The translations under genes were made by a program, and so were the position numbers. From NCBI GenBank assembly GCA_963798085.1, contig CAWCRS010000007.1, positions 1,632,001 through 1,696,000 of the forward strand: a stretch of DNA of 64,000 nt. Direction: 5' to 3'. Shown piece after piece: positions 59,766-64,000 of the stretch. The stretch comes from an uncultured Gemmatimonadales bacterium. Its GTDB lineage: Bacteria; Gemmatimonadota; Gemmatimonadetes; Longimicrobiales; RSA9. The notes beneath the pieces are model-generated. The model had not been told where the DNA came from. It ran no database searches and saw only the letters and a program-made list of their open reading frames with translations. Positions within the stretch are counted from its first letter, which is position 1, and the number at the start of each line of letters is the position of its first letter.

Positions 59766-61025
59766 TCAGCTGCCCGCCATGGCAGGACTGCGCCACTCGC
59801 AGCACGGGCACGCCGCTTCCCCGCTCTGCACCAGCCGATAGTCCTGATAGCGCCGGCGCGGCGTGAAGCCTGCATCCTCGATGAGCCGGCAGATCTCGGT
59901 TTCCGGCATGATGAAATCGATGCCGGCCGCGCTCACCACGTTCTCCTCGATCATCAATGAGCCGAAATCGTTGGCCCCGAAGCTGAGCGCGATCTGCGCC
60001 ATCTTCGGGCCCTGCGTCACGTAGGAAACCTGCAGGTTGTGGAAGTTGTCGAGTACCAGTCGCGCCAGCGCTGTAACACGCAGATAGTCCATGCCTGTGC
60101 CCAGCGGGATCTGCCAGTCCTGCATCTCGGTGTGCAGTGGCTGGAACGACCAGGCAATGAAGGCGGTGTAGTGGCCGGCCCCCCGGGCCAGGCTCCTCGC
60201 CTGGGATGCGCGCAGCCGCAGCAGGTGCTCGAGACGGTCCTCCCAGGTCTCGCCCACACCGTACATCATGGTGGCGGTCGTGAGCAGTCCCGCCTCGTGC
60301 GCGGCCTCGTGGATCTCCAGCCAGCGGCTGGAGTCGATCTTCTTCGGCGCAATGAAGTCACGCACGGCGTCCACGAGGATTTCCGCGCCCGCGCCCGGAA
60401 TCGAATCGAGCCCGGCTTCGCGCAGCTGGCGCAGCACTTCGTCCAGCGGCAGCCGCGACACCTTCGTGATCATCTCGATCTCGGAAGCGCTGAAGCCGTG
60501 GACGTGAATCGGGTGATGCTCCTTGATGTGGCGCAGCAGGCCGAGGTACCAGTCGAGCGGCAGGTAGGGGTTGTGTCCGCCCTGCATGAGGATCTGCACG
60601 CCGCCCACCGCCTTCGCTTCATCGATCTTGCGCCCGATCTCCTCGTACGACAGCACGTATGCCTCGGGATCCTTGGGCCGGCGGTAGAACGCGCAGAAGC
60701 CGCAGTCGGTCACGCACAGGTTCGTGTAATTGATGTTGCGGTCCACGATGTACGACACCACGTCATCCGAATGCCGTTCCCGCCGGGCCGCATTCGCGCG
60801 TGCGCCCAGGTCGACCAGCGAGGTCTCGTCGAGCAGCCCGCGCCAGGCGCGGATATCGGCGGCGAACGGCCGCGACTCGAGGGGCGGCGGCGTGTACAGC
60901 GGGCGAGGCGGCCGGTGAGTCGCGCCGACTGCGCCCTGCGCCGAGGGCTCGCGCAGTCGCGGCGTCACAGTCTGGAGGATGGGCAGTGCGCGCTGCTCGG
61001 GTGCGCCTGCGCGGGGCATCACCAT
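59766..61025 (-). CDS. mqnC: Cyclic dehypoxanthine futalosine synthase
   Basis: DRNINYTNLCVTDCGFCAFYR, LMQGG, GANDFGS.MIEENVV. Confidence 0.9.
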   Translation of the reverse strand: MVMPRAGAPEQRALPILQTVTPRLREPSAQGAVGATHRPPRPLYTPPPLESRPFAADIRAWRGLLDETSLVDLGARANAARRERHSDDVVSYIVDRNINYTNLCVTDCGFCAFYRRPKDPEAYVLSYEEIGRKIDEAKAVGGVQILMQGGHNPYLPLDWYLGLLRHIKEHHPIHVHGFSASEIEMITKVSRLPLDEVLRQLREAGLDSIPGAGAEILVDAVRDFIAPKKIDSSRWLEIHEAAHEAGLLTTATMMYGVGETWEDRLEHLLRLRASQARSLARGAGHYTAFIAWSFQPLHTEMQDWQIPLGTGMDYLRVTALARLVLDNFHNLQVSYVTQGPKMAQIALSFGANDFGSLMIEENVVSAAGIDFIMPETEICRLIEDAGFTPRRRYQDYRLVQSGEAACPCCEWRSPAMAGS

Positions 61026-62160
61026 GAGCGCATCTCCTCGTAGTGCACGTTGCGCTCGACGGGTCGCTTCCCCGCATCCTTGATCAGCCGGATGATGTCG
61101 TCGAACCCCAGGCCTTCGGGCGTGGTGGCGCCGGCCTCGTGATAGATGCGTTCCCGGCGCACCGTGCCTTCCAGATCATCCACGCCGAAGTGCAGCGCGA
61201 TCTGGCTGACCTTGGCCGTATTCATGATCCAGTGTGTCTTGATGTGATCGAAGTTGTCCAGGAAGAGCCGGCCCACGGCCAGGTTCTTGAGGTCATCGTA
61301 GCCGGTGGTGGCGGTGCCTTCGCGCCCCAGCGTCTTCCCTAACTCGTTATTGTCGGGATGGTAGGCCAGCGGGATGTACGTGAGGAAGCCGCCCGTCTCA
61401 TCCTGCAGGGCGCGCAGCGCTTCCAGGTGGTCGACGCGGTCCGCGGACGTCTCCACATGACCGTAGAGCATGGTGCAGTTGCTGCGAATGCCCAGGTTGT
61501 GCGCGCGCCGGTGCACGTCCAGCCATTCGCCCGCCGCCAGCTTCCGGTCCGCGATGGTGGCGCGCACGTTGAGCGAGAAGACTTCGGCGCCGCCGCCGGG
61601 CAGCGTGTCCAGCCCGGCTTCGCGCAGCCGCAGCAGCACCTCCTCGACCGTGCACTTCTCCACGCGTGCCAGGTGCGCGATCTCGACCGCCGTGAGCGCC
61701 TTCACTTCCACGCCCGGATGGCGTTCACGCAGTCCGCGGATCAGGTCCGCGTAGTAGGAAACACGCAGTTTGGGGTGCAGTCCGCCCGACGATGTGGAAC
61801 TCACGCACCGGTGTATCCCGCGCCAGCGCCGCCTCCTGGAACGCCTCCTCGAGGCACATCGTATAGGCGCCTTCCTCTTTCGGCCGGCGCGCGAAAGAGC
61901 AGAACACACACGTCGCCCGCAGTACGCAGACGTTGGTGGGATTCAGGTGCTGATTGGCGGCGAAGAAGACGCGGTTTCCGTTCTTCGCGCGGTTCACGTG
62001 ATCGGCGAGTGCGCCGATCGCGAGCAGATCGCGCGACTCGAAGAGAGCGATGCCGTCGGCGCGATCGAGTCGTCGCCCTTCGCAGCACCTTGTCGGCAAT
62101 GCCGAACAGCCGACGGTCCGTGGGCCGGACAGCCGGCTCGCCGGCCGGAGCAGCGATCAC
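61019..62160 (-). CDS. mqnE: Aminofutalosine synthase (frameshifts near 62085 and 61787)
   Basis: NPTNVCVLRATCVFCSFA, HIVG/GLHP, PGGGAE, NCTMLYGH, QDETGGF, HIKTHW. Confidence 0.85.
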
Positions 62161-62164
62161 GTGG

Positions 62165-63438
62165 TCAGTCCCCCTCCCAGCGGCGCACGGCCAGGCAGAC
62201 ATTGTGCCCGCCGAAGCCGAACGAATTGGAAAGCGCGATGCGCACAGGCTGGTCGATGCGCCGGTTATGCGCGTAGTTCAGGTCGCACTCCGGATCCGGC
62301 GTGGTGAAGTTCGTGGTCGGGGGTATGGCACCGTCCCGGCAGACCAGCGTGGCAACGATGCACTCGACGGCGCCGGCTGCACCCAGCAGATGTCCGGTCA
62401 TCGACTTGGTCGAGCCCATCACGAGCTTGTACGCATGCTCGCCGAAAACGTGCTTGACTGCCTTGGTCTCGTTCAGGTCGTTCATGGGTGTGGACGTGCC
62501 GTGCGCGTTGATGTAGTCCACATCCGTTGTCGTGATGGCGGCATCCCGCAGGGCCGCACGAATGGCGAGCTGGGCGCCCGCGCCTTCGGGTGCTGGCGCG
62601 GTCAGGTGATAGGCGTCCGCGCTCTGCCCGAAGCCGATGATCTCGCCCAGTACCGTGGCGCCACGCGCAGTCGCGTGTTCCAGCGTTTCCAGCACCAGCA
62701 TGCCGGAGCCTTCACCCAGCACGAAGCCATCACGCGTCGCATCGAACGGCCGGCTGGCTGTGGCGGGTGAATCATTGCGCGTCGAGAGGGCCTTCATGTT
62801 GGCGAAGCCTGCCACCGTCAGGCGGGTGATGGTCGCTTCCGTGCCGCCCGAGACCATGACATCGGCTTCGCCCCGCTGCAGGATGCGGTAGGCGTCGCCG
62901 ACCGCGTGCGCGCTGGACGAGCAGGCCGAGACGGTCGCGTAATTCGGGCCGCGGAAGCCGTAGCGAATGGAAACGTGGCCCGCGGCAATGTCGGGAATGA
63001 ACATGGGAACGAAGAACGGGCTGATGCGTTTGGGCCCGCGCTCGACCATGACGCGCGTCTGCTCTTCGAACGTGGCAATGCCGCCAATGCCGCTGCCGAT
63101 GAGCACGCCAACGCGGTCGCGGTCGACGCTCGCCGGCAGCGGATCCAGCCCCGCGTCGCGCACCGCTGCACGGTGCCGCGGCATGGCGAACTGTGCGAAG
63201 CGATCCGTGCGCCGCGCTTCCTTGCGTTCCATGTACTGCTCGGGATCGAAGCCCTTTCACTTCCGCCGCGAAGCGCACGTCGAAATCCGGCGTGGCATCG
63301 AATTGCGTGATCGGGTCCGACCCCGTTGACACCGCACAGCAGTGCCTGCCACGTGGCATCCATCGTATGGGCCAGCGGCGTCAGCAGGCCGGCTCCGGTG
63401 AGCACGACCCGATGACCGCGTTCCGTGCGCATTCGCAT
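62165..63438 (-). CDS. fabF: 3-oxoacyl-ACP synthase II (frameshifts near 63315 and 63255)
   Basis: [39 protein letters not shown]. Confidence 0.93.
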
Positions 63439-63467
63439 TGCGTACAGGAAAAGAAAGCGGTGGAGTC

Positions 63468-63711
63468 CTACTCGACGCCCTTCTCCTTCAGGTAGCTTGA
63501 TGGCGTCGCCGACGGTCTGCAGGTTCTCGGCATCCTCATCGGGGATCTCGATCCCGAATTCTTCTTCGAATGCCATGACGAGTTCGACCGTGTCCAGCGA
63601 GTCGGCACCCAGGTCTTCGACGAACGAAGCTTCGGCGGTCACCTTCTCGGGCTCCACGCCAAGCTCGTTGATGATGATCTCTTTCACCTTCGCCTCGGTG
63701 CTGTCCGCCAT
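63468..63711 (-). CDS. acpP: Acyl carrier protein (frameshift near 63497)
   Basis: [20 protein letters not shown]; shifted frame ends [12 protein letters not shown]. Confidence 0.95.
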
Positions 63712-63732
63712 CCTGTCCTCACCGTTCGAGTG

Positions 63733-64000
63733 TCAAATGACCATGCCGCCATCGACCACGATGACCTGGCCGGTAATATAACTTGCGGCCGGACCTGCCA
63801 GAAACCGAACCAGGCCTGCCACATCTTCCACACTGCCCAGGCGACCGAGAGCGATCTGCGCCCGCAGCGCGGCCCTTGCCTCCTCGCTCAGCGCCGCCGT
63901 CATTTCGGTCTCGATGAACCCTGGTGCCACTGCATTGCACAGTACCTCGCGCGATGCCAGTTCTTTCGCCACTGACTTGGTCAGCCCGATCAGGCCTGCC
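63733..64000 (-). CDS. fabG: 3-oxoacyl-ACP reductase (3' part; 5' end outside window)
   Basis: [39 protein letters not shown]. Confidence 0.93.
   Translation of the reverse strand, partial: AGLIGLTKSVAKELASREVLCNAVAPGFIETEMTAALSEEARAALRAQIALGRLGSVEDVAGLVRFLAGPAASYITGQVIVVDGGMVI

Noticed and set aside
62818..63711. Apparent ACP-FabF fusion ORF
   Set aside because: Produced by a one-base insertion near 63497; the shifted frame gives a normal ACP end and stop

Overview
GC-rich bacterial chromosomal window. Gene content and order (der-plsY-gpsA-MerR-surE-pcm, a GWxTD-like protein, RGG-rich secreted peptidase, PadR/orphan-permease relic, futalosine genes) suggest Gemmatimonadota or a related lineage; this is inference. 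Genes left of about 29.7 kb are mostly on + and genes right of it almost all on -. They converge near a close-to-canonical dif site at 35620-35647, so this is probably the replication terminus. A Ku-LigD pair abuts dif, xerD lies 22 kb away, and a cluster of DnaA-box-like 9-mers lies 6 kb away. An accessory block at about 11.3-26.3 kb holds an arsR-arsM-metallophosphoesterase-acr3 operon with a leaderless promoter, a nitrilase-fold orphan, tRNA-Arg(CCT), a PadR/permease relic, a cobalamin radical SAM enzyme, an ECF sigma/Ser-Thr kinase pair with divergent envelope genes, and an M28 peptidase. The right half is an approximately 28 kb co-oriented envelope gene run: fab, mqn, purE, ispF, xerD, kds, pyrG, lpt, rpoN and a lipid-carrier glycosylation cluster. 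Many apparent single-base frameshifts, including in acpP, fabF and mqnE, point to long-read indel errors rather than true pseudogenes. No CRISPR array, transposase or prophage was seen. All calls were made by eye, without database searches.
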